Positions 1 to 15,000 of a stretch of 64,000 bases of DNA are shown here, piece after piece (position 1 is the stretch's first letter; every line of letters begins with the position of its first letter). A program made the position numbers and the translations under genes. This DNA is from Eledone cirrhosa (lineage: Eukaryota), in NCBI GenBank assembly GCA_964016885.1, contig OZ024741.1:402566001-402630000 (forward strand), written 5' to 3'. The notes below the pieces were generated by a model. The model was not told where the DNA came from and did no database searches. It saw only the letters and a program-made list of their open reading frames with translations.

Positions 1-3000
1 AGTTTATCTTTTACACCTCCCTCCCATCTTCTGATTACTGAGTTGAAGACAGTGTGTTTAGCTTTTACACCTCCCTCCCTTCTTCTGAATACTGAGTTGA
101 AGACTGTGTGTTTAGCTTTTACACCTCCCTCCCTTCTTCTGATTACTGAGTTGAAGACAGTGTGTTTAGCTGTTACACCTCCCTCGCTTCTTCTGATTAC
201 TGAGTTGAAGACAGTGTGTTTAGCTTTTACACCTCCCTCCCTTCTTCTGATTACTGAGTTGAAGACAGTGTGTTTAGCTTTTACACCTCCCTCCCTTCTT
301 CTGATTACTGAGTTGAAGACAGTGTGTTTAGCTGTTACACCTCCCTCGCTTCTTCTGATTACTGAGTTGAAGACAGTGTGTTTAGCTTTTACACCTCCCT
401 CCCTTCTTCTGATTACTGAGTTGAAGACAGTGTGTTTAGCTTTTACACCTCCCTCCCTTCTTCTGATTACTGAGTTGAAGACAGTGTGTTTAGCTTTTAC
501 ACCTCCCTCCCTTCTTCTGATTACTCAGTTGAAGACAGTGTGTTTAGCTTTTACACCTCCCTCCCTTCTTCTGATTACTGAGTTGAAGACAGTGTGTTTA
601 GCTTTTACACCTCCCTCCCTTCTGATCACTGAGTTGAAGACAGTGTGTTTAGCTTTTACACCTCCCTCCCTTCTGATTACTGAGTTGAAGACAGTGAGTT
701 TATCTTTTACACCTCCCTCCCATCTTCTGATTACTGAGTTGAAGACAGTGTGTTTAGCTTTTACACCTCCCTCCCTTCTGATCACTGAGTTGAAGAGAGT
801 GTGTTTAGCTTTTACACCACCCTCCCTTCTGATTACTGAGTTGAAGACAGTGTGTTTAGCTTTTACACCTCCCTCCCTACTTCTGATTGCTGAGTTGAAG
901 ACAGTGTGTTTAGCTTTTACACCTCCCCCCCTTCTTCTGATTACTGAGTTGAAGACAGTGTGTTTAGCTTTTACACCTCCCTCCCTTCTTCTGATTACTC
1001 AGTTGAAGACAGTGTGTTTAGCTTTTACACCTCCCTCCCTTCTTCTGATTACTCAGTTGAAGACAGTGTGTTTAGCTTTTACACCTCCCTCCCTTCTTCT
1101 GATTACTCAGTTGAAGACAGTGTGTTTAGCTTTTACACCTCCCTCCCTTTTTCTGATTACTCAGTTGAAGACAGTGTGTTTAGCTTTTACACCTCCCTCC
1201 CTTCTTCTGAATACTGAGTTGAAGACTGTGTGTTTAGCTTTTACACCTCCCTCCCTTCTTCTGATTACTGAGTTGATGACTGTGTTTAGCTTTTACACCT
1301 CCCTCCCTACTTCTAATTACTGAGTTGAAGACAGTTTGTTTAGCTTTTACACCTCCCTCCCTTCTTCTGATTACTGAGTTGAAGACAGTGTGTTTAGCTT
1401 TTACACCTCCCTCCCTTCTTCTGATTACTGAGTTGAAGACAGTGTGTTTAGCTGTTACACCTCCCTCGCTTCTTCTGATTACTGAGTTGAAGACAGTGTG
1501 TTTAGCTTTTACACCTCCCTCCCTTCTTCTGATTACTGAGTTGAAGACAGTGTGTTTAGCTTTTACAACTCCCGCCCTTCTTCTGATTACTGAGTTGAAG
1601 ACAGTGTGTTTAGCTTTTACACCTCCCTCCCTTCTTCTGATTACTGAGTTGAAGACAGTGTGTTTAGCTTTTACACCTCCCTCCCTTCTTCTGATTACTG
1701 AGTTGAAGACAGTGTGTTTAGCTTTTACAACTCCCGCCCTTCTTCTGATTACTGAGTTGAAGACAGTGTGTTTAGCTTTTACACCTCCCTCCCTTCTTCT
1801 GATTACTGAGTTGAAGACAGTGTGTTTAGCTTTTACAACTCCCGCCCTACTTCTGATTACTGAGTTGAAGACAGTGTGTTTAGCTTTTACACCTCCCTCC
1901 CTTCTTCTGATTACTGAGTTGAAGACAGTGAGTTTAGCTTTTACACCTCCCTCCCTTCTTCTGATTACTGAGTTGAAGACAGTGTGTTCAGCTTTTACAC
2001 CTCCCTTCTTCTGATTACTGAGTTGAAGACAGTGTGTTTAGCTTTTACACCTCCCTCCCTTCTTCTGATTACTGAGTTGAAGACAGTGTGTTTAGCTTTT
2101 ACAACTCCTGCCCTTCTTCTGATTACTGAGTTGAAGACAGTGTGTTTAGCTTTTACACCTCCCTCCCTTCTTCTGATTACTGAGTTGAAGACAGTGTGTT
2201 CAGCTTTTACACCTCCCTTCTGATTACTGAGTTGAAGACAGTGTGTTTAGCTTTTACACCTCCCTCCCTACTTCTGATTACTGAGTTGAAGACAGTGTGT
2301 TTAGCTTTTGCACCTCCCTCTCTACTTCTGATTACTGAGTTGAAGACAGTGTGTTTAGCTTTTACACCTCCCTCCCTTCTGATTACTGAGTTGAAGACAG
2401 TGTGTTTAGCTTTTACACCTCCCTCCCTTCTTCTGATTACTGAGTTGAAGACAGTGAGTTTAGCTTTTACACCTCCCTCCCTTCTTCTGATTACTGAGTT
2501 GAAGACAGTGTGTTCAGCTTTTACACCTCCCTTCTTCTGATTACTGAGTTGAAGACAGTGTGTTTAGCTTTTACACCTCCCGCCCTTCTTCTGATTACTG
2601 AGTTGAAGACAGTGTGTTTAGCTTTTACACCTCCCTCCCTTCTTCTGATTACTGAGTTGAAGACAGTGTGTTTAGCTTTTACACCTCCCTCCCTTCTTCT
2701 GATTACTGAGTTGAAGACAGTGAGTTTATCTTTTACACCTCCCTCCCATCTTCTGATTACTGAGTTGAAGACAGTGTGTTTAGCTTTTACACCTCCCTCC
2801 CTTCTTCTGAATACTGAGTTGAAGACTGTGTGTTTAGCTTTTACACCTCCCTCCCTTCTTCTGATTACTGAGTTGATGACTGTGTTTAGCTTTTACACCT
2901 CCCTCCCTACTTCTAATTACTGAGTTGAAGACAGTGTGTTTAGCTTTTACACCTCCCTCCCTTCTTCTGATTACTGAGTTGAAGACAGTGTGTTTAGCTT

Positions 3001-6000
3001 TTACACCTCCCTCCCTTCTTCTGATTACTGAGTTGAAGACAGTGTGTTTAGCTGTTACACCTCCCTCGCTTCTTCTGATTACTGAGTTGAAGACAGTGTG
3101 TTTAGCTTTTACACCTCCCTCCCTTCTTCTGATTACTGAGTTGAAGACAGTGTGTTTAGCTTTTACACCTCCCTCCCTTCTTCTGATTACTGAGTTGAAG
3201 ACAGTGTGTTTAGCTGTTACACCTCCCTCGCTTCTTCTGATTACTGAGTTGAAGACAGTGTGTTTAGCTTTTACACCTCCCTCCCTTCTTCTGATTACTG
3301 AGTTGAAGACAGTGTGTTTAGCTTTTACACCTCCCTCCCTTCTTCTGATTACTGAGTTGAAGACAGTGTGTTTAGCTTTTACACCTCCCTCCCTTCTTCT
3401 GATTACTCAGTTGAAGACAGTGTGTTTAGCTTTTACACCTCCCTCCCTTCTTCTGATTACTGAGTTGAAGACAGTGTGTTTAGCTTTTACACCTCCCTCC
3501 CTTCTGATCACTGAGTTGAAGACAGTGTGTTTAGCTTTTACACCTCCCTCCCTTCTGATTACTGAGTTGAAGACAGTGAGTTTATCTTTTACACCTCCCT
3601 CCCATCTTCTGATTACTGAGTTGAAGACAGTGTGTTTAGCTTTTACACCTCCCTCCCTTCTGATCACTGAGTTGAAGAGAGTGTGTTTAGCTTTTACACC
3701 ACCCTCCCTTCTGATTACTGAGTTGAAGACAGTGTGTTTAGCTTTTACACCTCCCTCCCTACTTCTGATTGCTGAGTTGAAGACAGTGTGTTTAGCTTTT
3801 ACACCTCCCCCCCTTCTTCTGATTACTGAGTTGAAGACAGTGTGTTTAGCTTTTACACCTCCCTCCCTTCTTCTGATTACTCAGTTGAAGACAGTGTGTT
3901 TAGCTTTTACACCTCCCTCCCTTCTTCTGATTACTCAGTTGAAGACAGTGTGTTTAGCTTTTACACCTCCCTCCCTTCTTCTGATTACTCAGTTGAAGAC
4001 AGTGTGTTTAGCTTTTACACCTCCCTCCCTTTTTCTGATTACTCAGTTGAAGACAGTGTGTTTAGCTTTTACACCTCCCTCCCTTCTTCTGAATACTGAG
4101 TTGAAGACTGTGTGTTTAGCTTTTACACCTCCCTCCCTTCTTCTGATTACTGAGTTGATGACTGTGTTTAGCTTTTACACCTCCCTCCCTACTTCTAATT
4201 ACTGAGTTGAAGACAGTTTGTTTAGCTTTTACACCTCCCTCCCTTCTTCTGATTACTGAGTTGAAGACAGTGTGTTTAGCTTTTACACCTCCCTCCCTTC
4301 TTCTGATTACTGAGTTGAAGACAGTGTGTTTAGCTGTTACACCTCCCTCGCTTCTTCTGATTACTGAGTTGAAGACAGTGTGTTTAGCTTTTACACCTCC
4401 CTCCCTTCTTCTGATTACTGAGTTGAAGACAGTGTGTTTAGCTTTTACAACTCCCGCCCTTCTTCTGATTACTGAGTTGAAGACAGTGTGTTTAGCTTTT
4501 ACACCTCCCTCCCTTCTTCTGATTACTGAGTTGAAGACAGTGTGTTTAGCTTTTACACCTCCCTCCCTTCTTCTGATTACTGAGTTGAAGACAGTGTGTT
4601 TAGCTTTTACAACTCCCGCCCTTCTTCTGATTACTGAGTTGAAGACAGTGTGTTTAGCTTTTACACCTCCCTCCCTTCTTCTGATTACTGAGTTGAAGAC
4701 AGTGTGTTTAGCTTTTACAACTCCCGCCCTACTTCTGATTACTGAGTTGAAGACAGTGTGTTTAGCTTTTACACCTCCCTCCCTTCTTCTGATTACTGAG
4801 TTGAAGACAGTGAGTTTAGCTTTTACACCTCCCTCCCTTCTTCTGATTACTGAGTTGAAGACAGTGTGTTCAGCTTTTACACCTCCCTTCTTCTGATTAC
4901 TGAGTTGAAGACAGTGTGTTTAGCTTTTACACCTCCCTCCCTTCTTCTGATTACTGAGTTGAAGACAGTGTGTTTAGCTTTTACAACTCCTGCCCTTCTT
5001 CTGATTACTGAGTTGAAGACAGTGTGTTTAGCTTTTACACCTCCCTCCCTTCTTCTGATTACTGAGTTGAAGACAGTGTGTTCAGCTTTTACACCTCCCT
5101 TCTGATTACTGAGTTGAAGACAGTGTGTTTAGCTTTTACACCTCCCTCCCTACTTCTGATTACTGAGTTGAAGACAGTGTGTTTAGCTTTTGCACCTCCC
5201 TCTCTACTTCTGATTACTGAGTTGAAGACAGTGTGTTTAGCTTTTACACCTCCCTCCCTTCTGATTACTGAGTTGAAGACAGTGTGTTTAGCTTTTACAA
5301 CTCCCGCCCTTCTTTTGATTACTGAGTTGAAGACAGTGTGTTTAGCTTTTACACCTCCCTCCCTTCTTCTGATTACTGAGTTGAAGACAGTGTGTTTAGC
5401 TGTTACACCTCCCTCGCTTCTTCTGATTACTGAGTTGAAGACAGTGTGTTTAGCTTTTACACCTCCCTCCCTTCTTCTGATTACTGAGTTGAAGACAGTG
5501 TGTTTAGCTTTTACACCTCCCTCCCTTCTTCTGATTACTGAGTTGAAGACAGTGTGTTTAGCTTTTACAACTCCCGCCCTTCTTCTGATTACTGAGTTGA
5601 AGACAGTGTGTTTAGCTTTTACACCTCCCTCCCTTCTTCTGATTACTGAGTTGAAGACAGTGTGTTTAGCTTTTACACCTCCCTCCCTTCTTCTGATTAC
5701 TGAGTTGAAGACAGTGTGTTTAGCTTTTACAACTCCCGCCCTTCTTCTGATTACTGAGTTGAAGACAGTGTGTTTAGCTTTTACACCTCCCTCCCTTCTT
5801 CTGATTACTGAGTTGAAGACAGTGTGTTCAGCTTTTACACCTCCCTTCTGATTACTGAGTTGAAGACAGTGTGTTTAGCTTTTACACCTCCCTCCCAACT
5901 TCTGATTACTGAGTTGAAGACAGTGTGTTCAGCTTTTACACCTCCCTCTCTACTTCTGATTACTGAGTTGAAGACAGTGTGTTTAGCTGTTACACCTCCC

Positions 6001-9000
6001 TCGCTTCTTCTGATTACTGAGTTGAAGACAGTGTGTTTAGCTTTTACACCTCCCTCCCTTCTTCTGATTACTGAGTTGAAGACAGTGTGTTTAGCTTTTA
6101 CACCTCCCTCCCTTCTTCTGATTACTGAGTTGAAGACAGTGTGTTTAGCTGTTACACCTCCCTCGCTTCTTCTGATTACTGAGTTGAAGACAGTGTGTTT
6201 AGCTTTTACACCTCCCTCCCTTCTTCTGATTACTGAGTTGAAGACAGTGTGTTTAGCTTTTACACCTCCCTCCCTTCTTCTGATTACTGAGTTGAAGACA
6301 GTGTGTTTAGCTTTTACACCTCCCTCCCTTCTTCTGATTACTCAGTTGAAGACAGTGTGTTTAGCTTTTACACCTCCCTCCCTTCTTCTGATTACTGAGT
6401 TGAAGACAGTGTGTTTAGCTTTTACACCTCCCTCCCTTCTGATCACTGAGTTGAAGACAGTGTGTTTAGCTTTTACACCTCCCTCCCTTCTGATTACTGA
6501 GTTGAAGACAGTGAGTTTATCTTTTACACCTCCCTCCCATCTTCTGATTACTGAGTTGAAGACAGTGTGTTTAGCTTTTACACCTCCCTCCCTTCTGATC
6601 ACTGAGTTGAAGAGAGTGTGTTTAGCTTTTACACCACCCTCCCTTCTGATTACTGAGTTGAAGACAGTGTGTTTAGCTTTTACACCTCCCTCCCTACTTC
6701 TGATTGCTGAGTTGAAGACAGTGTGTTTAGCTTTTACACCTCCCCCCCTTCTTCTGATTACTGAGTTGAAGACAGTGTGTTTAGCTTTTACACCTCCCTC
6801 CCTTCTTCTGATTACTCAGTTGAAGACAGTGTGTTTAGCTTTTACACCTCCCTCCCTTCTTCTGATTACTCAGTTGAAGACAGTGTGTTTAGCTTTTACA
6901 CCTCCCTCCCTTCTTCTGATTACTCAGTTGAAGACAGTGTGTTTAGCTTTTACACCTCCCTCCCTTTTTCTGATTACTCAGTTGAAGACAGTGTGTTTAG
7001 CTTTTACACCTCCCTCCCTTCTTCTGAATACTGAGTTGAAGACTGTGTGTTTAGCTTTTACACCTCCCTCCCTTCTTCTGATTACTGAGTTGATGACTGT
7101 GTTTAGCTTTTACACCTCCCTCCCTACTTCTAATTACTGAGTTGAAGACAGTTTGTTTAGCTTTTACACCTCCCTCCCTTCTTCTGATTACTGAGTTGAA
7201 GACAGTGTGTTTAGCTTTTACACCTCCCTCCCTTCTTCTGATTACTGAGTTGAAGACAGTGTGTTTAGCTGTTACACCTCCCTCGCTTCTTCTGATTACT
7301 GAGTTGAAGACAGTGTGTTTAGCTTTTACACCTCCCTCCCTTCTTCTGATTACTGAGTTGAAGACAGTGTGTTTAGCTTTTACAACTCCCGCCCTTCTTC
7401 TGATTACTGAGTTGAAGACAGTGTGTTTAGCTTTTACACCTCCCTCCCTTCTTCTGATTACTGAGTTGAAGACAGTGTGTTTAGCTTTTACACCTCCCTC
7501 CCTTCTTCTGATTACTGAGTTGAAGACAGTGTGTTTAGCTTTTACAACTCCCGCCCTTCTTCTGATTACTGAGTTGAAGACAGTGTGTTTAGCTTTTACA
7601 CCTCCCTCCCTTCTTCTGATTACTGAGTTGAAGACAGTGTGTTTAGCTTTTACAACTCCCGCCCTACTTCTGATTACTGAGTTGAAGACAGTGTGTTTAG
7701 CTTTTACACCTCCCTCCCTTCTTCTGATTACTGAGTTGAAGACAGTGAGTTTAGCTTTTACACCTCCCTCCCTTCTTCTGATTACTGAGTTGAAGACAGT
7801 GTGTTCAGCTTTTACACCTCCCTTCTTCTGATTACTGAGTTGAAGACAGTGTGTTTAGCTTTTACACCTCCCTCCCTTCTTCTGATTACTGAGTTGAAGA
7901 CAGTGTGTTTAGCTTTTACAACTCCTGCCCTTCTTCTGATTACTGAGTTGAAGACAGTGTGTTTAGCTTTTACACCTCCCTCCCTTCTTCTGATTACTGA
8001 GTTGAAGACAGTGTGTTCAGCTTTTACACCTCCCTTCTGATTACTGAGTTGAAGACAGTGTGTTTAGCTTTTACACCTCCCTCCCTACTTCTGATTACTG
8101 AGTTGAAGACAGTGTGTTTAGCTTTTGCACCTCCCTCTCTATTTCTGATTACTGAGTTGAAGACAGTGTGTTTAGCTTTTACACCTCCCTCCCTTCTGAT
8201 TACTGAGTTGAAGACAGTGTGTTTAGCTTTTACAACTCCCGCCCTTCTTTTGATTACTGAGTTGAAGACAGTGTGTTTAGCTTTTACACCTCCCTCCCTT
8301 CTTCTGATTACTGAGTTGAAGACAGTGTGTTTAGCTGTTACACCTCCCTCGCTTCTTCTGATTACTGAGTTGAAGACAGTGTGTTTAGCTTTTACACCTC
8401 CCTCCCTTCTTCTGATTACTGAGTTGAAGACAGTGTGTTTAGCTTTTACACCTCCCTCCCTTCTTCTGATTACTGAGTTGAAGACAGTGTGTTTAGCTTT
8501 TACAACTCCCGCCCTTCTTCTGATTACTGAGTTGAAGACAGTGTGTTTAGCTTTTACACCTCCCTCCCTTCTTCTGATTACTGAGTTGAAGACAGTGTGT
8601 TTAGCTTTTACACCTCCCTCCCTTCTTCTGATTACTGAGTTGAAGACAGTGTGTTTAGCTTTTACAACTCCCGCCCTTCTTCTGATTACTGAGTTGAAGA
8701 CAGTGTGTTTAGCTTTTACACCTCCCTCCCTTCTTCTGATTACTGAGTTGAAGACAGTGTGTTCAGCTTTTACACCTCCCTTCTGATTACTGAGTTGAAG
8801 ACAGTGTGTTTAGCTTTTACACCTCCCTCCCAACTTCTGATTACTGAGTTGAAGACAGTGTGTTCAGCTTTTACACCTCCCTCTCTACTTCTGATTACTG
8901 AGTTGAAGACAGTGTGTTTAGCTTTTACAACTCCCTCCCTTCTTCTGATTACTGAGTTGAAGACAGTGTGTTTAGCTTTTACACCTCCCACCCTTCTTCT

Positions 9001-12000
9001 GATTACTGAGTTGAAGACAGTGTGTTTAGCTGTTACACCTCCCTCCCTTCTTCTGATTACTGAGTTGAAGACAGTGTGTTTAGCTTTTACACCTCCCTCC
9101 CTTCTTCTGATTGCTGAGTTGAAGACAGTGTGTTTATCTTTTACACCTCCCTCCCTTCTTCTGATTACTGAGTTGAAAACAGTGTGTTTAGCATTTACAC
9201 CTCCCTCCCTTCTTCTGATTACTGAGTTGAAGACAGTGTGTTTAGCTTTTACACCTCCCTCCCTTCTTCTGATTACTGCGTTGAAGACAGTGTGTTTAGC
9301 TTTTACACCTCCCTCCCTCCTTCTGATTACTGAGTTGAAGACAGTGTGTTTAGCTTTTACACCTCCCTCCCTTCTGATTACTGAGTTGAAGACAGTGTGT
9401 TTAGCTTTTAAACCTCCCTCCCTTCTTCTGATTACTGAGTTGAAGACAGTGTGTTTAGCTTTTACACCTCCCTCCCTTCTTCTGATTACTGAGTTGAAGA
9501 CAGTGTGTTTAGCTGTTACACCTCCCTCGCTTCTTCTGATTACTGAGTTGAAGACAGTGTGTTTAGCTTTTACACCTCCCTCCCTTCTTCTGATTACTGA
9601 GTTGAAGACAGTGTGTTTAGCTTTTACACCTCCCTCCCTTCTTCTGATTACTGAGTTGAAGACAGTGTGTTTAGCTTTTACAACTCCCGCCCTTCTTCTG
9701 ATTACTGAGTTGAAGACAGTGTGTTTAGCTTTTACACCTCCCTCCCTTCTTCTGATTACTGAGTTGAAGACAGTGTGTTTAGCTTTTACACCTCCCTCCC
9801 TTCTTCTGATTACTGAGTTGAAGACAGTGTGTTCAGCTTTTACCCCTCCCTCCCTTCTGATTACTGAGTTGAAGACAGTGTGTTTAGCTTTTACACCTCC
9901 CTCCCTTCTTCTGATTACTGAGTTGAAGACAGTGTGTTTAGCTTTTACAACTCCCGCCCTTCTTCTGATTACTGAGTTGAAGACAGTGTGTTTAGCTTTT
10001 ACACCTCCCTCCCTTCTTCTGATTACTGAGTTGAAGACAGTGTGTTCAGCTTTTACACCTCCCTTCTGATTACTGAGTTGAAGACAGTGTGTTTAGCTTT
10101 TACACCTCCCTCCCTACTTCTGATTACTGAGTTGAAGACAGTGTGTTTAGCTTTTACACCTCCCTCTCTACTTCTGATTACTGAGTTGAAGACAGTGTGT
10201 TTAGCTTTTACACCTCCCTCCCTTCTTCTGATTACTGAGTTGAAGACAGTGTGTTTAGCTTTTACACCTCCCACCCTATTTCTGATTACTGAGTTGAAGA
10301 CAGTGTGTTTAGCTTTTACACCTCCCTCCCTTCTTCTGATTACTGAGTTGAAGTCAGTGTGTTTAGCTTTTACACCTCCCACCCTTCTTCTGATTACTGA
10401 GTTGAAGACAGTGTGTTTAGCTGTTACACCTCCCTCCCTTCTTCTGATTACTGAGTTGAAGACAGTGTGTTTAGCTTTTACACCTCCCTCCCTTCTTCTG
10501 ATTGCTGAGTTGAAGACAGTGTGTTTATCTTTTACACCTCCCTCCCTTCTTCTGATTACTGAGTTGAAAACAGTGTGTTTAGCATTTACACCTCCCTCCC
10601 TTCTTCTGATTACTGAGTTGAAGACAGTGTGTTTAGCTTTTACACCTCCCTCCCTTCTTCTGATTACTGAGTTGAAGACAGTGTGTTTAGCATATACACC
10701 TCCCTCCCTCCTTCTGATTACTGAGTTGAAGACAGTGTGTTTATCTTTTACACCTCCCTCCCTTCTTCTGATTACTGAGTTGAAAACAGTGTGTTTAGCA
10801 TTTACACCTCCCTCCCTTCTTCTGATTACTGCGTTGAAGACAGTGTGTTTAGCTTTTACACCTCCCTCCCTTCTTCTGATTACTGAGTTGAAGACAGTGT
10901 GTTTAGCATATACACCTCCCTCCCTCCTTCTGATTACTGAGTTGAAGACAGTGTGTTTAGCTTTTACACCTCCCTCCCTTCTGATTACTGAGTTGAAGAC
11001 AGTGTGTTTAGCTTTTAAACCTCCCTCCCTTCTTCTGATTACTGAGTTGAAGACAGTGTGTTTAGCTTTTACACCTCCCTCCCTTCTTCTGATTACTGAG
11101 TTGAAGACAGTGTGTTTAGCTTTTACACCTCCCTCCCTTCTTCTGATTACTGAGTTGAAGACAGTGTATTTAGCTTTTACACCTCCCTCCCTACTTCTGA
11201 TTGCTGAGTTGAAGACAGTGTGTTTAGCTTTTACACCTCCCTCCCTTCTTCTGATTACTGAGTTGAAGACAGTGTGTTTAGCTTTTACACCTCCCTCCCT
11301 TCTTCTGATTACTGAGTTGAAGACAGTGTGTTTAGCTTTTACACCTCCCTCCCTTCTTCTGATTACTGAGTTGAAGACAGTGTGTTTAGCTTTTACACCT
11401 CCCTCCCTTCTTCTGATTACTGAGTTGAAGACAGTGTGTTTAGCTTTTACACCTCCCTCCCTTCTTCTGATTACTGAGTTGAAGACAGTGTGTTTAGCTT
11501 TTACACCTCCCTCCCTTCTTCTGATTACTGAGTTGAAGACAGTGTGTTTAGCTTTTACACCTCCCTCCCTTCTTCTGATTACTGAGTTGAAGACAGTGTG
11601 TTTAGCTTTTACACCTCCCTCCCTTCTTCTGATTACTGAGTTGAAGACAGTGTGTTTAGCTTTTACACCTCCCTCCCTTCTTCTGATTACTGAGTTGAAG
11701 ACAGTGTGTTTAGCTTTTACACCTCCCTCCCTTCTTCTGATTACTGAGTTGAAGACAGTGTGTTTAGCTTTTACACCTCCCTCCCTTCTTCTGATTACTG
11801 AGTTGAAGACAGTGTGTTTAGCTTTTACACCTCCCTCCCTTCTTCTGATTACTGAGTTGAAGACAGTGTGTTTAGCTTTTACACCTCCCTCCCTTCTTCT
11901 GATTACTGAGTTGAAGACAGTGTGTTTAGCTTTTACACCTCCCTCCCTTCTTCTGATTACTGAGTTGAAGACAGTGTGTTTAGCTTTTACACCTCCCTCC

Positions 12001-15000
12001 CTTCTTCTGATTACTGAGTTGAAGACAGTGTGTTTAGCTTTTACACCTCCCTCCCTTCTTCTGATTACTGAGTTGAAGACAGTGTGTTTAGCTTTTACAC
12101 CTCCCTCCCTTCTTCTGATTACTGAGTTGAAGACAGTGTGTTTAGCTTTTACACCTCCCTCCCTTCTTCTGATTACTGAGTTGAAGACAGTGTGTTTAGC
12201 TTTTACACCTCCCTCCCTTCTTCTGATTACTGAGTTGAAGACAGTGTGTTTAGCTTTTACACCTCCCTCCCTTCTTCTGATTACTGAGTTGAAGACAGTG
12301 TGTTTAGCTTTTACACCTCCCTCCCTTCTTCTGATTACTGAGTTGAAGACAGTGTGTTTAGCTTTTACACCTCCCTCCCTTCTTCTGATTACTGAGTTGA
12401 AGACAGTGTGTTTAGCTTTTACACCTCCCTCCCTTCTTCTGATTACTGAGTTGAAGACAGTGTGTTTAGCTTTTACACCTCCCTCCCTTCTTCTGATTAC
12501 TGAGTTGAAGACAGTGTGTTTAGCTTTTACACCTCCCTCCCTTCTTCTGATTACTGAGTTGAAGACAGTGTGTTTAGCTTTTACACCTCCCTCCCTTCTT
12601 CTGATTACTGAGTTGAAGACAGTGTGTTTAGCTTTTACACCTCCCTCCCTTCTTCTGATTACTGAGTTGAAGACAGTGTATTTAGCTTTTACACCTCCCT
12701 CCCTACTTCTGATTGCTGAGTTGAAGACAGTGTGTTTAGCTTTTACACCTCCCTCCCTTCTTCTGATTACTGAGTTGAAGACAGTGTGTTTAGCTTTTAC
12801 ACCTCCCTCCCTTCTTCTGATTACTGAGTTGAAGACAGTGTGTTTAGCTTTTACACCTCCCTCCCTTCTTCTGATTACTGAGTTGAAGACAGTGTATTTA
12901 GCTTTTACACCTCCCTCCCTACTTCTGATTGCTGAGTTGAAGACAGTGTGTTTAGCTTTTACACCTCCCTCCCTTCTTCTGATTACTGAGTTGAAGACAG
13001 TGTGTTTAGCTTTTACACCTCCCTCCCTTCTTCTGATTACTGAGTTGAAGACAGTGTGTTTAGCTTTTACACCTCCCTCCCTTCTTCTGATTACTGAGTT
13101 GAAGACAGTGTATTTAGCTTTTACACCTCCCTCCCTACTTCTGATTGCTGAGTTGAAGACAGTGTGTTTAGCTTTTACACCTCCCTCCCTTCTTCTGATT
13201 ACTGAGTTGAAGACAGTGTGTTTAGCTTTTACACCTCCCTCCCTTCTTCTGATTACTGAGTTGAAGACAGTGTGTTTAGCTTTTACACCTCCCTCCCTTC
13301 TTCTGATTACTGAGTTGAAGACAGTGTATTTAGCTTTTACACCTCCCTCCCTACTTCTGATTGCTGAGTTGAAGACAGTGTGTTTAGCTTTTACACCTCC
13401 CTCCCTTCTTCTGATTACTGAGTTGAAGACAGTGTGTTTAGCTTTTACACCTCCCTCCCTTCTTCTGATTACTGAGTTGAAGACAGTGTGTTTAGCTTTT
13501 ACACCTCCCTCCCTTCTTCTGATTACTGAGTTGAAGACAGTGTATTTAGCTTTTACACCTCCCTCCCTACTTCTGATTGCTGAGTTGAAGACAGTGTGTT
13601 TAGCTTTTACACCTCCCTCCCTTCTTCTGATTACTGAGTTGAAGACAGTGTGTTTAGCTTTTACACCTCCCTCCCTTCTTCTGATTACTGAGTTGAAGAC
13701 AGTGTGTTTAGCTTTTACACCTCCCTCCCTTCTTCTGATTACTGAGTTGAAGACAGTGTATTTAGCTTTAAACCTCCCTCCCTTCTTCTGATTACTGAGT
13801 TGAAGACAGTGTGTTTAGCTTTTACACCTCCCTCCCTTCTTCTGATTACTCAGTTGAAGACAGTGTGTTTAGCTTTTTCACCTCCCTCCCTTCTTCTGAT
13901 TACTCAGTTGAAGACAGTGTGTTTAGCTTTTACACCTCCCTCCCTTCTTCTGATTACTCAGTTGAAGACAGTGTGTTTAGCTTTTACACCTCCCTCCCTT
14001 TTTCTGATTACTCAGTTGAAGACAGTGTGTTTAGCTTTTACACCTCCCTCCCTTCTTCTGATTACTCAGTTGAAGACAGTGTGTTTAGCTTTTACACCTC
14101 CCTCCCTTCTTCTGATTACTGAGTTGAAGACAGTGTGTTTAGCTTTTACACCTCCCTCCCTTCTTCTGATTACTGAGTTGAAGACAGTGTGTTTAGCTTT
14201 TACACCTCCCTCCCTTCTTCTGATTACTGAGTTGAAGACAGTGTGTTTAGCTTTTACACCTCCCTCCCTTCTGATTACTGAGTTGAAGACAGTGTGTTTA
14301 GCTTTTAAACCTCCCTCCCTTCTTCTGATTACTGAGTTGAAGACAGTGTGTTTAGCTTTTACACCTCCCTCCCTTCTTCTGATTACTGAGTTGAAGACAG
14401 TGTGTTTAGCTTTTACAACTACCGCCCTTCTTCTGATTACTGAGTTGAAGACAGTGTGTTTAGATTTTACACCTCCCTCCCTTCTTCTGATTACTGAGTT
14501 GAAGACAGTGAGTTTAGCTTTTACACCTCCCTCCCTTCTTCTGATTACTGAGTTGAAGACAGTGTGTTCAGCTTTTACACCTCCCTCCCTTCTGATTACT
14601 GAGTTGAAGACAGTGTGTTTAGCTTTTACACCTCCCTCCCTTCTTCTGATTACTGAGTTGAAGACAGTGTGTTTAGCTTTTACAACTCCCGCCCTTCTTC
14701 TGATTACTGAGTTGAAGACAGTGTGTTTAGCTTTTACACCTACCTCCCTTCTTCTGATTACTGAGTTGAAGACAGTGTGTTCAGCTTTTACACCTCCTTT
14801 CTGATTACTGAGTTGAAGACAGTGTGTTTAGCTTTTACACCTCCCTCCCTACTTCTGATTACTGAGTTGAAGACAGTGTGTTTAGCTTTTAAACCTCCCT
14901 CTCTACTTCTGATTACTGAGTTGAAGACAGTGTGTTTAGCTTTTACACCTCCCTCCCTTCTTCTGATTACTGAGTTGAAGACAGTGTGTTTAGCTTTTAC

